Shown: one piece after another, positions 41,408 to 51,967 of the stretch
Numbering within the stretch: the stretch's first letter is position 1
How the letters are laid out: each line of letters opens with the position of its first letter
From: Promethearchaeota archaeon
Lineage (GTDB): Archaea > Asgardarchaeota > Lokiarchaeia > Sigyniarchaeales > SOKP01
NCBI GenBank assembly: GCA_048940925.1
Contig: JBHLOC010000022.1
Coordinates: 1 to 64,000, forward strand
Length of the DNA stretch: 64,000 nucleotides
Direction of reading: 5' to 3'
Program-made: the position numbers and the translations under genes
The notes under the pieces: model-generated
What the model saw: the letters and a program-made list of their open reading frames with translations, nothing else
Told to the model about the DNA's origin: nothing
Database searches by the model: none

Positions 41408-43090
41408 TCATTTTTTCGATTTCTTATACTTTATACATTCTTTTATGAAATCGAAATACAATGGAGATGGTTTATATGGTCTTGATTTGAATTCAGGATG
41501 AAATTGTACTCCAACCATCCAATGATCTTTTCTATTCAGTTCAATACTGTTTATTATTTTACCAGTTTCATCTCGACTAGAAACAACCATACCTTTATTT
41601 TTAGCTTCATCGGTAATAAAACGCTCTTGAATATGAAATCTGTGTCTAAATCTTTCTAAAATTAATTTCTTTTTATATGCTTCAAATAATTTTGTACCCT
41701 CTTCCACTATTATTTTTTGTGCTCCTAATCTCATAGTGCCTCCTTTTTCTGTAACACTCTTCTGACTTTCTAAAAGATCTATTACAGGATAAGGAGTCTC
41801 AGGGACGATTTCTGTAGAATGGGCCTTATTCAGTCCCAAATATTTCCTGCAAAAAGCTACAAAAAATAGTTGGGCTCCAAAACAAATACCGAGAAATGGG
41901 ATTTTCTTTTCCATGGCATATTCCGCAGATTCAATCATTCCTTCTACAGCTCGTTCGCCAAATCCAGGTGTTAATAGTATTCCATCACAATCACTTAGTT
42001 CCTCCTGAATCTTAGTATTTTTTTCTATGTTTATCATCTTCAATTCTGTTTTATACCCATGATGAGCGGCAGCATCCTCTAAAGCAACATTAATAGAAAT
42101 ATAGGAATCAGATATATTGAAATATTTGCCTGGCATTGCTATTTTTACAGAATCCTTGGTTTTTTTGAATAATTCAACCATTTTTACCCATTCTGAATAA
42201 TTAGTAACTTCGCTATAAGATACCAATTTTGCTTTAAGATCTATTAGCTCACAAATTAAATCTCCTAATCCTTGTTCTTCAAATAGTAAAGGCAATTCAT
42301 ATACTATGTCCAAATCTGGATTTGAAATTACTGCATTTTCAGGTACATTTGAATATAAAGATATTTTGCGCTTTATGTCCTTATCCAAAGGTTTTTCACT
42401 TCTCCCAATTATTATATCAGGTTGCAATCCAATACTTTGAAGCATCTTTACAGAATGTTGAGTTGGTTTAGACTTTTGTTGGCCTACCGCTCTAGAATAA
42501 GGAACAAGTGTGACATGTACAAAAGCTGTTTGTTTAGGTAATTCTAATTTTATTTGTCGAAAAGCCTCTAAGAAGATACTTGATTCTAAATCCCCTACAG
42601 TTCCACCGCATTCAATTAATAATACATCTAAGTCTTCTTGTTCTGCAATTTCCATTAATCTTTCTTTAATTATGTCAGTAACATGGGGAATAATCTGAAC
42701 AGTTTTTCCTAAAAATTTGCCTTTCCTTTCACTAAGGATTGTAGAAAGATAAATTTGCCCTGAAGTTATATTTTGAGAAGGGTGCATCTCTATACCAAGG
42801 ATTCGAGAATAAGTGCCGAAATCTTGGTCAATTTCTGATATTCGGTAAGATCTTTCATCAGATTCAAACACAGGTTTGAATTCCCATATATTTTCAGTTA
42901 TGAAACATTCTCCATGCTCAATTGGGTTTAGGGTACCTGGATCTATATTTAAGTAGGGATCTATTTTAACTACAGATACTTTAAAGCCACGAAATTGAAG
43001 TACCTTACCGATACTTGCTGTTGCAACTCCTTTTCCTATTCCTGACATTACTCCTCCTGTCACAAATACGAATTTACTACTTGCATTCAT
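41408..43090 (-). CDS. pyrG: CTP synthase (start probably MNASSK at 43090)
   Basis: FVTGGVMSGIGKG, KIDPYLNIDPG, GGTVGDLE, KSKPTQHSV, GICFG, FHPEF. Confidence 0.97.
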   Translation of the reverse strand: MNASSKFVFVTGGVMSGIGKGVATASIGKVLQFRGFKVSVVKIDPYLNIDPGTLNPIEHGECFITENIWEFKPVFESDERSYRISEIDQDFGTYSRILGIEMHPSQNITSGQIYLSTILSERKGKFLGKTVQIIPHVTDIIKERLMEIAEQEDLDVLLIECGGTVGDLESSIFLEAFRQIKLELPKQTAFVHVTLVPYSRAVGQQKSKPTQHSVKMLQSIGLQPDIIIGRSEKPLDKDIKRKISLYSNVPENAVISNPDLDIVYELPLLFEEQGLGDLICELIDLKAKLVSYSEVTNYSEWVKMVELFKKTKDSVKIAMPGKYFNISDSYISINVALEDAAAHHGYKTELKMINIEKNTKIQEELSDCDGILLTPGFGERAVEGMIESAEYAMEKKIPFLGICFGAQLFFVAFCRKYLGLNKAHSTEIVPETPYPVIDLLESQKSVTEKGGTMRLGAQKIIVEEGTKLFEAYKKKLILERFRHRFHIQERFITDEAKNKGMVVSSRDETGKIINSIELNRKDHWMVGVQFHPEFKSRPYKPSPLYFDFIKECIKYKKSKK

Positions 43091-43536
43091 AATTTCTACT
43101 TTCTTAGCAACATTTTTATCATTTTTCAAAATAAAATTATAAAAATAAACCAATTATTAAAAGAATTACTAATTCACTACAATATTATAAGTTATTTCCA
43201 TATAAAACTTAAGTCTCTAAAACTAATTAATGATTTGAATACAGTTTGAAAATTAGAGTGTTTAAAAAATTCGGATTCACCTTCTTTTTTTATGGTATTA
43301 AAGGAGAATGATAGTTTCCAGATGCATAATCATGTTACAAATAATCTTTTTGATGAAAAATTAGGATCTGATTTAATATTAAGCCCTATTCTTCTTAAAC
43401 CAGCTATTTCTGAAATACTCTTAGATTGCTCTTTTAGTTATTTTTTATTGTCAAAATGGAATTTTTTAAAGGTCATTTTAATATAATTAAGACATATTTA
43501 GGAGAAATCTTGGGGATTGAGTAATAATTATTCGAA

Positions 43537-44358
43537 TCATTTACCCTTAAAGCGCGGTTCTTCCTTAGTGACTAATGATTTTGTAGCTGCTCTAAAATCA
43601 CTCGTCTTCATTAAATCCCTAAGTCCTTCATTTTCTAAATCTAATGTATTTGAAATAATATTTTTAAAATAATCATGCATTACTTTCTTCATTCTTCCGA
43701 TCGCTACACTCGGACCTTTAGGAGGTATCAAACGCAGAGCTTGATTTCTTGCGTAGGGCATGAGCTTATCCTGAGCTAACACTTTATTTACTAAACCAAG
43801 TTTTTCTGCGTCTTTTGCAGTAATTTTATCCCCAAAATAGATTATTTCCTTCGCCTTTTGGAATCCTACTAAATATGGTAATACAAAAGATGAACTAAAT
43901 TCTGGAATAACAGCGCGTTTTACAAAATAGAAACCTAACCACGCATCTTCTGACATGTAAATTAAATCAGCACCGACTAAGGGCATTGTAATGCCAATCC
44001 CCACCGCCAAACCATTAATGACAGCAATCACAGGCTTATTAAAATTCCACATCTTCACACATAATTTTTTCTGAGCGATATCCATTAAATCTACTTCCTT
44101 CATTATTTCTTCTGGTATAGATGTTATATACTTCATATTAAAGTAGCCCCCGGATGAAAATGCATTAGCCTCTTTACACCCTGTCATTATAAGAACTCTA
44201 GCATTCTTATCTTTTTCCATATCATCAATCACAGTGTATATTTCTAAGAATGTGACAAAAGACAACGCATTTCTTCTTTTTGGAATGTTAAAAGTGAGTG
44301 TGCAAATTCCATTATCTTCTTTTTCATAAATAACTTCACTTAAATCTTCTATATTCAT
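43537..44358 (-). CDS. Crotonase-family protein, delta3,delta2-enoyl-CoA isomerase (ECI2/PaaG)-like
   Basis: NGLAVGIGITM lacks the hydratase Glu; IPEFSSS carries the isomerase-type Glu. Confidence 0.8.
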   Translation of the reverse strand: MNIEDLSEVIYEKEDNGICTLTFNIPKRRNALSFVTFLEIYTVIDDMEKDKNARVLIMTGCKEANAFSSGGYFNMKYITSIPEEIMKEVDLMDIAQKKLCVKMWNFNKPVIAVINGLAVGIGITMPLVGADLIYMSEDAWLGFYFVKRAVIPEFSSSFVLPYLVGFQKAKEIIYFGDKITAKDAEKLGLVNKVLAQDKLMPYARNQALRLIPPKGPSVAIGRMKKVMHDYFKNIISNTLDLENEGLRDLMKTSDFRAATKSLVTKEEPRFKGK

Positions 44359-44417
44359 TATACACCAGCTTTACTTAATAATTTTTAAATCCATAATTAA
44401 ATAAGAAGATAAAATAG

Positions 44418-45698
44418 TTATAACATCTTAAATAGTTGTCTTAGCGCTAAACTCATGATATAATCTTGAATTTGGGAAGTACCACCACCAACTCGGTGAA
44501 TTCTGGAAATACCTAACAAATCCTGCATTAAAGTATTATCACACAACCCTGCACCCCCCATTAAATCTGCACATCCATAACAAACTCTTTCTGTTAATTT
44601 TGCACTCTGAGACTTCAACTGTGACGCTGTCGCCATAAGTGCTAAATTAAAATTCTTAGGTAATGTACCAAACTGCTCATATTTTTCATCGATTAATTGG
44701 CATATGTGCAAAGCTGCTAAAGTCAGATTCATCGTTTTTGCCCACATCTCTGCTAATGGAAATCCAACTCCTTGATATTTTAAAATTTCTTGATCGAATT
44801 GTTTTCTCATATTTGCATATATAGTTGCATGAGAGATTGCATTCCACGCTTCTGCAATATTAAGCAAAACTATACCTAACCTTTCTATATTTAATCCTTC
44901 AAAAAGATGCTCTCTACCTAATCCTGGTGCGCCTAAAACATATTCTGAAGGAATTCTTAAATTTGTAAAAACTTCTTTTCCTATAAATAATCTGGGTGTC
45001 CAAGGAATATTTATCCTTTCAACATTCCATCCTTCCCAAGAAGTATCCACTAATAATTGAGTCATAGTATTTCCATTGTTCTTTTCAGTAACAGCATAAA
45101 CTATTGCCCAATCTGCTTTGACACCATTAGTTTGATATATTTTTTCTCCATTCAAAGTAAAGCTACCATCTTCATTTTCTTCACAGGTTGTTAACATATG
45201 AACCGCATCAGAACCTCTTTCTGGTTCTGTAATACAAATACAACCAATTTTTTTTCCAGTTACTAATTCTTTAAGTGCTTTCAAGCGTATCTCGATATCC
45301 TCATTATGCAATATTAAAGGATTTATTACTAATATATTAGCGCCCATTCCCATAGTTAATTGGGGGTCGAAAAAATCAGTAGCAAGAATTCTCATACATT
45401 CTACAGTCATTCCATACGGCTCATAATTTAGATCTAATTCGCTAAAATTACTCATTCGTGTAACTAACCCTTCCTTACCAATCTCTGGGATCCAATCATA
45501 GAAATCTTCATTGTGAGTAATATTATGTTCTTTTTCAAATCTAAGGAAAAACTTTTGAGCTTTTTTCAAAAAATTAAAGTGTTTGGGTTTTAAAATACTC
45601 ATCAAATTGTTGTTAAGAAAATTGTAGCGATTTTTTAAGCTCATCTTTTCAAGTATTTCATCATTTATACACTGAACTTGTCCTTTCTTATTTACCAT
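44418..45698 (-). CDS. Acyl-CoA dehydrogenase
   Basis: CITEPERGSD, LNGEKIYQTNG, RKQFDQEI, GGGTSQIQ; Glu in LNIERL (IVD/LCAD position). Confidence 0.92.
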   Translation of the reverse strand: MVNKKGQVQCINDEILEKMSLKNRYNFLNNNLMSILKPKHFNFLKKAQKFFLRFEKEHNITHNEDFYDWIPEIGKEGLVTRMSNFSELDLNYEPYGMTVECMRILATDFFDPQLTMGMGANILVINPLILHNEDIEIRLKALKELVTGKKIGCICITEPERGSDAVHMLTTCEENEDGSFTLNGEKIYQTNGVKADWAIVYAVTEKNNGNTMTQLLVDTSWEGWNVERINIPWTPRLFIGKEVFTNLRIPSEYVLGAPGLGREHLFEGLNIERLGIVLLNIAEAWNAISHATIYANMRKQFDQEILKYQGVGFPLAEMWAKTMNLTLAALHICQLIDEKYEQFGTLPKNFNLALMATASQLKSQSAKLTERVCYGCADLMGGAGLCDNTLMQDLLGISRIHRVGGGTSQIQDYIMSLALRQLFKML

Positions 45699-45806
45699 AA
45701 ATATAACTCTCTATTTTATTATTTAAAATTTAATTATGATTAGTATTAGTTTAAACTCCTAAAATATTTTTATCATAAGGAATCCAAAAAACTAAAAAGA
45801 TTTGAA

Positions 45807-47018
45807 TTAGTCAAACTCGAATGCAACTTTAATTGAATTATACTTACTTTTATTTGAAGCAACTTCCAATGCTTCTTGATAATTATCTAAGGAAAATTTA
45901 TGAGTAAGGAAATCACTAACATCAACATGACCTGAAGATATTAATTCGAGTGCAATTTGCATGGTTCTCTGCTTCTCCCCATTGATAATTTCAGTTCCAA
46001 AAGTGTTTGATGCAGTAATAGTGATTTCCTTAGCCATGATAGGTGTCCAATCAACTTCAATGTTAGCAGGATAACCTATAAGAATTACAGTTCCCTTAGG
46101 TTTTACTAATCGCAGACTAGTAGTTAAAGATGATGGATTACCAACACAGTCAAAAACAATATCTGCTCCACCACCTACTAGTAGAGGATCTTGTAGTGGA
46201 GGAGAGACAGTTCTTGCTCCTAACTTTTTTGCGATTCTCCTAATAATAACGCTTCCTTTTACCAATAATACTTCATCTGCGCCAAATTTTGCAGCAAGAT
46301 CAATTTGAGATTGTCTTATATCAATGGCAATAATTTTGCATTTAGAAAATCTTTTCAATGCTATAATTGAGGCTAATCCCATAACTCCACATCCAACAAC
46401 AACTACTTTTTCATAATCTTTGGGAAGTTTTTTAAAAACACCATGTATTGAACCAGCTAAAGGTTCAGATATTAATGCATTTTCGAAAGAGACAGAATCA
46501 GGTATCTTTAAAATTTGACTTTTATGTGCAACAATAAATTCTCCCCACCCTCCCCCAGTATCTCTACATAATCCAATAAACAATGCTGGTGCAATATCAC
46601 CTTTATCGAAGTTATAACAAAGACTAAAATCTCCATTTTTACAAGCATTACATAATTCAAGTCCCCTTGGCTCACAACTGAGAACCTCATCAACTAGCAC
46701 TCTATCTCCGATTGTTAGATTTTTTATATTATCCCCGACTTCTACTATTGTACCTACGATTTCATGTCCAAGAACTCCAGGACTTGATACAAAATTGAGC
46801 TGATAACTAGATTGTTTAATCTTTAAAATATGAATATCTGTACCACAAATCCCTCCTAATTTTACCTTAATTTTGACCCAATCTTCATTAATTAATTCTG
46901 GTGCAGGAATATCTTCAAATGAAACTAATTCATAAATTTTTGGTTCGAAATTAGGATCTTTTATTTTCTTACTGAGTAGTTCTAAAAATTTTTCAGCATG
47001 AGTAATTAACGCTTTCAT
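45807..47018 (-). CDS. Zinc-dependent MDR alcohol dehydrogenase
   Basis: GICGTD, GHE, C..CNAC..C zinc motif, GCGVMG. Confidence 0.92.
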   Translation of the reverse strand: MKALITHAEKFLELLSKKIKDPNFEPKIYELVSFEDIPAPELINEDWVKIKVKLGGICGTDIHILKIKQSSYQLNFVSSPGVLGHEIVGTIVEVGDNIKNLTIGDRVLVDEVLSCEPRGLELCNACKNGDFSLCYNFDKGDIAPALFIGLCRDTGGGWGEFIVAHKSQILKIPDSVSFENALISEPLAGSIHGVFKKLPKDYEKVVVVGCGVMGLASIIALKRFSKCKIIAIDIRQSQIDLAAKFGADEVLLVKGSVIIRRIAKKLGARTVSPPLQDPLLVGGGADIVFDCVGNPSSLTTSLRLVKPKGTVILIGYPANIEVDWTPIMAKEITITASNTFGTEIINGEKQRTMQIALELISSGHVDVSDFLTHKFSLDNYQEALEVASNKSKYNSIKVAFEFD

Positions 47019-47101
47019 AATGCAAGATTTAATCTAATTATAGTTAAATTTTTTCAATTTTATAATTTAAACTCCTATTTGTGGGAAAAAATAAAAAAAA
47101 A

Positions 47102-48823
47102 TTATAAAACTCCCATTGTAAGTAGTAATTTTGTACCATCTGGAGTGTCAAATTTTATTTTTACATCTAAAACTGCTGGTTTGCCTGAGTTTTTAGCTCG
47201 TTCAAGTGCAGGTGTAATTTCTTTAGGATCTGTAATAACTTCCCCATAACATCCAAAAGCTTCAGCAACTTTGGCATAATTGAATTCTGGTAACTCCGTA
47301 TCTATATATCGTTTACCACATGCCAGTTTTTGACCTGATTTAATCATCCCCCAGGCACTATTATTAGCAATCACGTAAATTAGATTTTTTAGTTTTAACC
47401 TCACAGCTGTCTCAAGATCTTGGATATTAATCATGAAACTTCCATCACCAGATAATGAAATCACTTGTTTATTAGGTTTTGCTAATTTAGCACCAATACC
47501 ATAAGGAACAGATGTTCCTAAGTGTCCCATTCCTACAGAATTTAAAATTGAAAGCGGACCTAGAGATTTATAAAAATCTATTTGTTCCATTGTATAGCAT
47601 GTAAGATCTCCTGCATCAATTATTAATATTCCATCTTCCTCTATATATTCAAGGACGTCTTTTATTAACCTTTGCGGTAAGATGGGTACTTTATCTCTTG
47701 AAATCTTTTTAATATTAGCATTAATTTGATTTTGTCTTATGGTTACTAATTTTTCCAACCACTCTCTCTTCTCAACTTTTTCGATTTTCTTTACTTCTTC
47801 AAGAATCTGATTCAAAAACATTTTGCAATCTCCAATTATTCCCAGAGTAAGTGGTTTATTTCGCCCTATGATAGTTGGATCAATATCTACTTGGATCATC
47901 TTTTGTGAGTCTTTCCAAAAAGGTTCTTGACCATGTCCTAACACATGTGAGAATCTGACTCCAAGTGCTAAAATTACATCCGCGTCTGCTGTTGCTGTCA
48001 TTGCAGGACCAGCTAATGTTGCTCCAATTAAGCATTTCGACCTATTTGTTATTGTACCTATACCCATTATTGAAGTGATGACAGGGATTTGTAAATATTC
48101 TGCAAATTCAGTTAATTCATCCCAACCCTTTGCTCTTGAAACACCCCCACCGGATATTATCAAGGGTTTTTCAGCCTTTAATAGAATATCTAATGATTTT
48201 TTTATTAGTTCACTATCAATAGCGGGATTATCAATAGCCCTATATCTTTCCGCAGGTAAAATGATAATTTTATCTTCTTCAATTTCTTCGATAAATGCAT
48301 CTTCAAAAATCTCTAGTAAGACGGGTCTTGGGTGACCGCTGTTCGCTTCTCTGAATACTTTATGAACAGCATCAGGGATCTCTTCAAGTTTTCTAATGCT
48401 TTTTTGATATTTTGTAATTGGTGTAAACAAGGTTATTTGGTCAAGATTTCCCTGTAGTGTGTGTGTATCTTCATATTTACTATTTACCTGAGGTACAAGT
48501 GCAATTACAGGTATACTGTCACTCCAGGCTGCACCGACACCAGGGACGAGATGTGTTGCTCCAGGACCTACTGTTCCAAAACAAATTCCAGGAGTATTTG
48601 TTACTCGAGCCCATGCATCAGCTGCATGTGCAGCTGCTTGTTCATGCCTAAATAGTATAGTATTGATTCCCTTTTCTTTTCCCCATCTGTATATAGCATC
48701 ATACATAGCTAATAATTGACCACCAGGAATCCCAAACAAATATTTAACGTTTTCTTGGAGAAGACATTTTATTAAAACGTCTCCACCATTGATCTTCTTC
48801 TTTTCTTCTGTCAAAATTGTCAC
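47102..48823 (-). CDS. Thiamine diphosphate-binding enzyme (acetolactate synthase-like / 2-hydroxyacyl-CoA lyase-like)
   Basis: FGIPGG, RHEQAAAHAA, GDGSF...NNSAWG ThDP motif. Confidence 0.9.
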   Translation of the reverse strand: MTILTEEKKKINGGDVLIKCLLQENVKYLFGIPGGQLLAMYDAIYRWGKEKGINTILFRHEQAAAHAADAWARVTNTPGICFGTVGPGATHLVPGVGAAWSDSIPVIALVPQVNSKYEDTHTLQGNLDQITLFTPITKYQKSIRKLEEIPDAVHKVFREANSGHPRPVLLEIFEDAFIEEIEEDKIIILPAERYRAIDNPAIDSELIKKSLDILLKAEKPLIISGGGVSRAKGWDELTEFAEYLQIPVITSIMGIGTITNRSKCLIGATLAGPAMTATADADVILALGVRFSHVLGHGQEPFWKDSQKMIQVDIDPTIIGRNKPLTLGIIGDCKMFLNQILEEVKKIEKVEKREWLEKLVTIRQNQINANIKKISRDKVPILPQRLIKDVLEYIEEDGILIIDAGDLTCYTMEQIDFYKSLGPLSILNSVGMGHLGTSVPYGIGAKLAKPNKQVISLSGDGSFMINIQDLETAVRLKLKNLIYVIANNSAWGMIKSGQKLACGKRYIDTELPEFNYAKVAEAFGCYGEVITDPKEITPALERAKNSGKPAVLDVKIKFDTPDGTKLLLTMGVL

Positions 48824-49041
48824 TTTATATTATGTTTTTCTTAATAATTGATATTAATCTTGTTTTTTTAATAATTTATTCATAAAACTCCCATCGAAGA
48901 TGCTAATTTCATAAATTCAGGAGTTACAAACTTTATCTTTACATCCAATAAATTTGATAATCAATTATATAAACACAGTAAAATAATGAGGATAAATAAT
49001 TCATCAGTAAAATCTCATTGGAATTTTTTGTATAAGATGAA

Positions 49042-50031
49042 TTATAATCTAAAATTAACCAGACAACTAACAAAATTATTCATTGATTTCGAAATTTCAT
49101 GGATATTATTATGTTTCAAATTAAGTATTCTAAGTGATTTGAGAGATTTTAATATTTGAGGTATGTCCTGAAAATTATTATGACTTAAATCTAATTCTGT
49201 AAGATTAGATAATTCTTTTATTGAATCAGGAAGCTTCTGAAGATTATTTCCTTTCAATATTAACTTTTTGAGACGTTTAAGTTCACCAATTGAGGGAGGG
49301 ATCTCAGTCAAATCAAAATTGCTGTAATAATATTTTCGAAGTGAACTTAAATATAAATCTAAAGAGTTTAACTGTGAAAGTGAGTTAATAATATCTTGGT
49401 TTTGCTTAATATATTGCCAATTGAAATAATTTAAATTTAAAGCTTTAATATGCTTTTTCTCAATAACTAACCATGGTTCACTATTTTTTGTATCTTTTAA
49501 GTTTTTAAATAAAGTATAGCAAAAAAGATCAATTTCATAATTGCTTTTTCCTCTAGCAAATAAAGCTTCTAAGTCTAAAAGGAAAAGCGATTCGTCAGGA
49601 ACAACTCCAATATTAAAAGCAAATTTTTGTTTCCATTTAAATAAATCATCTAAAATCAATTTAAAAATTGAATGAGTAGTCAATTTATTTGAATGATCGA
49701 AAAAAACCTTCAAAACAATAGGAGAATTATCGTGTTGAATAATCCATCTTAATGGTGTAATACTCTTTTCAGAAAGATTAAAGAGTATATATCTCACTAT
49801 AGATGCTCTTACAATAGCATTTACATCGGATACTAAATAATTTTCGAGAGTTTTGAAAATTGTCTTATTATATAACTTTAATTCTTGAAGCATTCTTATG
49901 CTTTGAACTCGTATTTCTATATCATCAATTTGCTCTATTAAGGAAATTAATAATTCAGCTGTTTTTTCTTCGCTTATTTTTCTGTCTAAAAAACAATTCT
50001 TGATTTTTTCTGGAGTTATTGGTTCTTTCAT
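49042..50031 (-). CDS. HEAT-like repeat plus leucine-rich repeat protein
   Basis: N-terminal IRVQSIRML/VRASIV helical repeats; C-terminal LKRLKKLILKGNNLQKLP, LTELDLSHNNF LRRs. Confidence 0.85.
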   Translation of the reverse strand: MKEPITPEKIKNCFLDRKISEEKTAELLISLIEQIDDIEIRVQSIRMLQELKLYNKTIFKTLENYLVSDVNAIVRASIVRYILFNLSEKSITPLRWIIQHDNSPIVLKVFFDHSNKLTTHSIFKLILDDLFKWKQKFAFNIGVVPDESLFLLDLEALFARGKSNYEIDLFCYTLFKNLKDTKNSEPWLVIEKKHIKALNLNYFNWQYIKQNQDIINSLSQLNSLDLYLSSLRKYYYSNFDLTEIPPSIGELKRLKKLILKGNNLQKLPDSIKELSNLTELDLSHNNFQDIPQILKSLKSLRILNLKHNNIHEISKSMNNFVSCLVNFRL

Positions 50032-50400
50032 ATTTTTATTTTTTGGTATAAAAAAAGAGCTACTTTAAAAAACAATAATGATATGATTTTTGTAATTTCC
50101 AATATCTTAAAAATTGTATTTATAAATGAAATCAAGCAAATATAGTTAATTTTTGAAATTAAAACTTTATCTAATTCTTTTTAAAATTGATTATTCAACG
50201 ATATAAAACTACTCTGATTTATTCAATTTTATTTTCATAAAAAACAAAAGAATTTACTTATATAATTCATCAAGGGATTCCAAATTATATTTCAGAGTTT
50301 TGAGAGAAACGTTTTTCTTATAATTGAATTTAATTTTATGGTCGTCTTATTTATAAGGTGAAAATAATTACAATATTTAAATAAGATTAAGGTAAGAAAA

Positions 50401-51930
50401 ATGCGCACTTATGAACAATATGTTGAAGATTTAAAGAAAATGAAACCAAATGTTTGGATTGGTGAAGAAAGAGTAGGTCGAGAAGACCCTCGATTGTTAG
50501 GAGGAATGCATATTATTAAGGAAACTTTTGATTGTGCGTTTGATCCCGAATATGAAGATTTATGCTCTACAACCTCACATTTGACTGGTAAAAAGATAAA
50601 TCGGTTTTGTCATATCCACCAAAGTAAAGAAGATCTTTTAAATAAGCAAAAAATGACTAGACTTCTCTGTCATCGGGTTGGAGGCTGTATTCAACGTTGT
50701 ATGGGTATTGATGCTTTAAATGCGCTTTCTATAATTACCTATGAAATGGATCAGGCTCTTGGTACAGACTATTATAAAAAATTCATGAAATACATGGAGT
50801 ATTTTCAAGAACGCGATTTAGTAGCTAGCTGCGCTCAAACGGATGCTAAGGGAGATCGCTTAAAGAGACCACATCAACAAGAAGATCCTGACCAGTACTT
50901 AAGAGTTATTGAAACGAGAGACGATGGTATCATTGTAAGAGGATGTAAAATCAACATTACAAATACTCCCTATGCAGACGAATTAATTGCCGTACCTTGT
51001 AGATATATGGGTCCAGAAGATAAGGATTATGCCGTTGCATTTGCTTTGCCAGCAGATTGGGAAGGTGTTAAACTCCTTACTAGACCTGCTTATCATCGAA
51101 AAAGTAAATTCAATACCCCACAAGTTCAAATTGGCGATGCCGAAACATTTATCATCTTTGATGATGTTTTTGTCCCTAATGAAAGAGTGTTCTTGAATGG
51201 TCATGGTGATCCGCGTCAGATACAATATGCCGGTTTTTTAGCTCTTATGTTTGCCCATTATCACCGTCATAGCTATACAGGGTGTAAACCAGCAATGTCA
51301 GAAGTATTGGGAAGCGCAGCAGCATTGGTTGCGGAATATAATGGTATTGAGAGTACCTCTCATGTCCGCGATAAACTTTCTCATATTATAGGGACTGCAG
51401 AATTGGTTTTTGCTGCGGGTGAATCGAGTGCTTATCACTCTGAAAAATCACCATCAGGCACCCAAATTCCAGATGAAGTTCTTACGAATGCAGGTAGACG
51501 CCTTGCTGGCGAAATGATTTACGAAGAGTATCAAATTGTGGCAGATCTGGCAGGAGGACTTGTAGCAACATTGCCATATGAAGAATCATTTTATAGTGAA
51601 GAAGTTGGCGATTTGGCTATGAAGTATTTAAAAAGAAATCCACGGGTAAAACCAGAAAATGTATATAAATGTTTTAAAGGTCTAGAAAATCTTATAGTCT
51701 CGGATTTAGCGGGATTAATGCAGGTTGCTGGACTCCATGGAGGTGGATCTCCGCAGATGGAAACAATAACTATGATGATGAGGTATGATACGGAAAAACT
51801 CAAAGATATCGCGAAATATCTTTTTGGAATCAAGTCAAAGCTAAAGAGATATGAAAGACCAACGGTTACTCCTCGTGAACAGCTTGAAAAATTTCGAAAA
51901 GCAATACAAAGAAAAAAAGAACAAGAATAA
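50401..51930 (+). CDS. abfD: 4-hydroxybutyryl-CoA dehydratase/vinylacetyl-CoA isomerase (HpaB/AbfD family)
   Basis: CIQRC and HRHSYTGCK [4Fe-4S] ligands (Cys3His), QTDAKGDR, HGGGSPQ. Confidence 0.85.
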   Translation: MRTYEQYVEDLKKMKPNVWIGEERVGREDPRLLGGMHIIKETFDCAFDPEYEDLCSTTSHLTGKKINRFCHIHQSKEDLLNKQKMTRLLCHRVGGCIQRCMGIDALNALSIITYEMDQALGTDYYKKFMKYMEYFQERDLVASCAQTDAKGDRLKRPHQQEDPDQYLRVIETRDDGIIVRGCKINITNTPYADELIAVPCRYMGPEDKDYAVAFALPADWEGVKLLTRPAYHRKSKFNTPQVQIGDAETFIIFDDVFVPNERVFLNGHGDPRQIQYAGFLALMFAHYHRHSYTGCKPAMSEVLGSAAALVAEYNGIESTSHVRDKLSHIIGTAELVFAAGESSAYHSEKSPSGTQIPDEVLTNAGRRLAGEMIYEEYQIVADLAGGLVATLPYEESFYSEEVGDLAMKYLKRNPRVKPENVYKCFKGLENLIVSDLAGLMQVAGLHGGGSPQMETITMMMRYDTEKLKDIAKYLFGIKSKLKRYERPTVTPREQLEKFRKAIQRKKEQE

Positions 51931-51967
51931 ATTTAGTTTTTTATTTTTTCAATTTCTTAATCGAGAA

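Noticed and set aside
43292-43486. 64-aa intergenic ORF
   Set aside because: No recognisable motif or SD; could be a remnant but is unsupported
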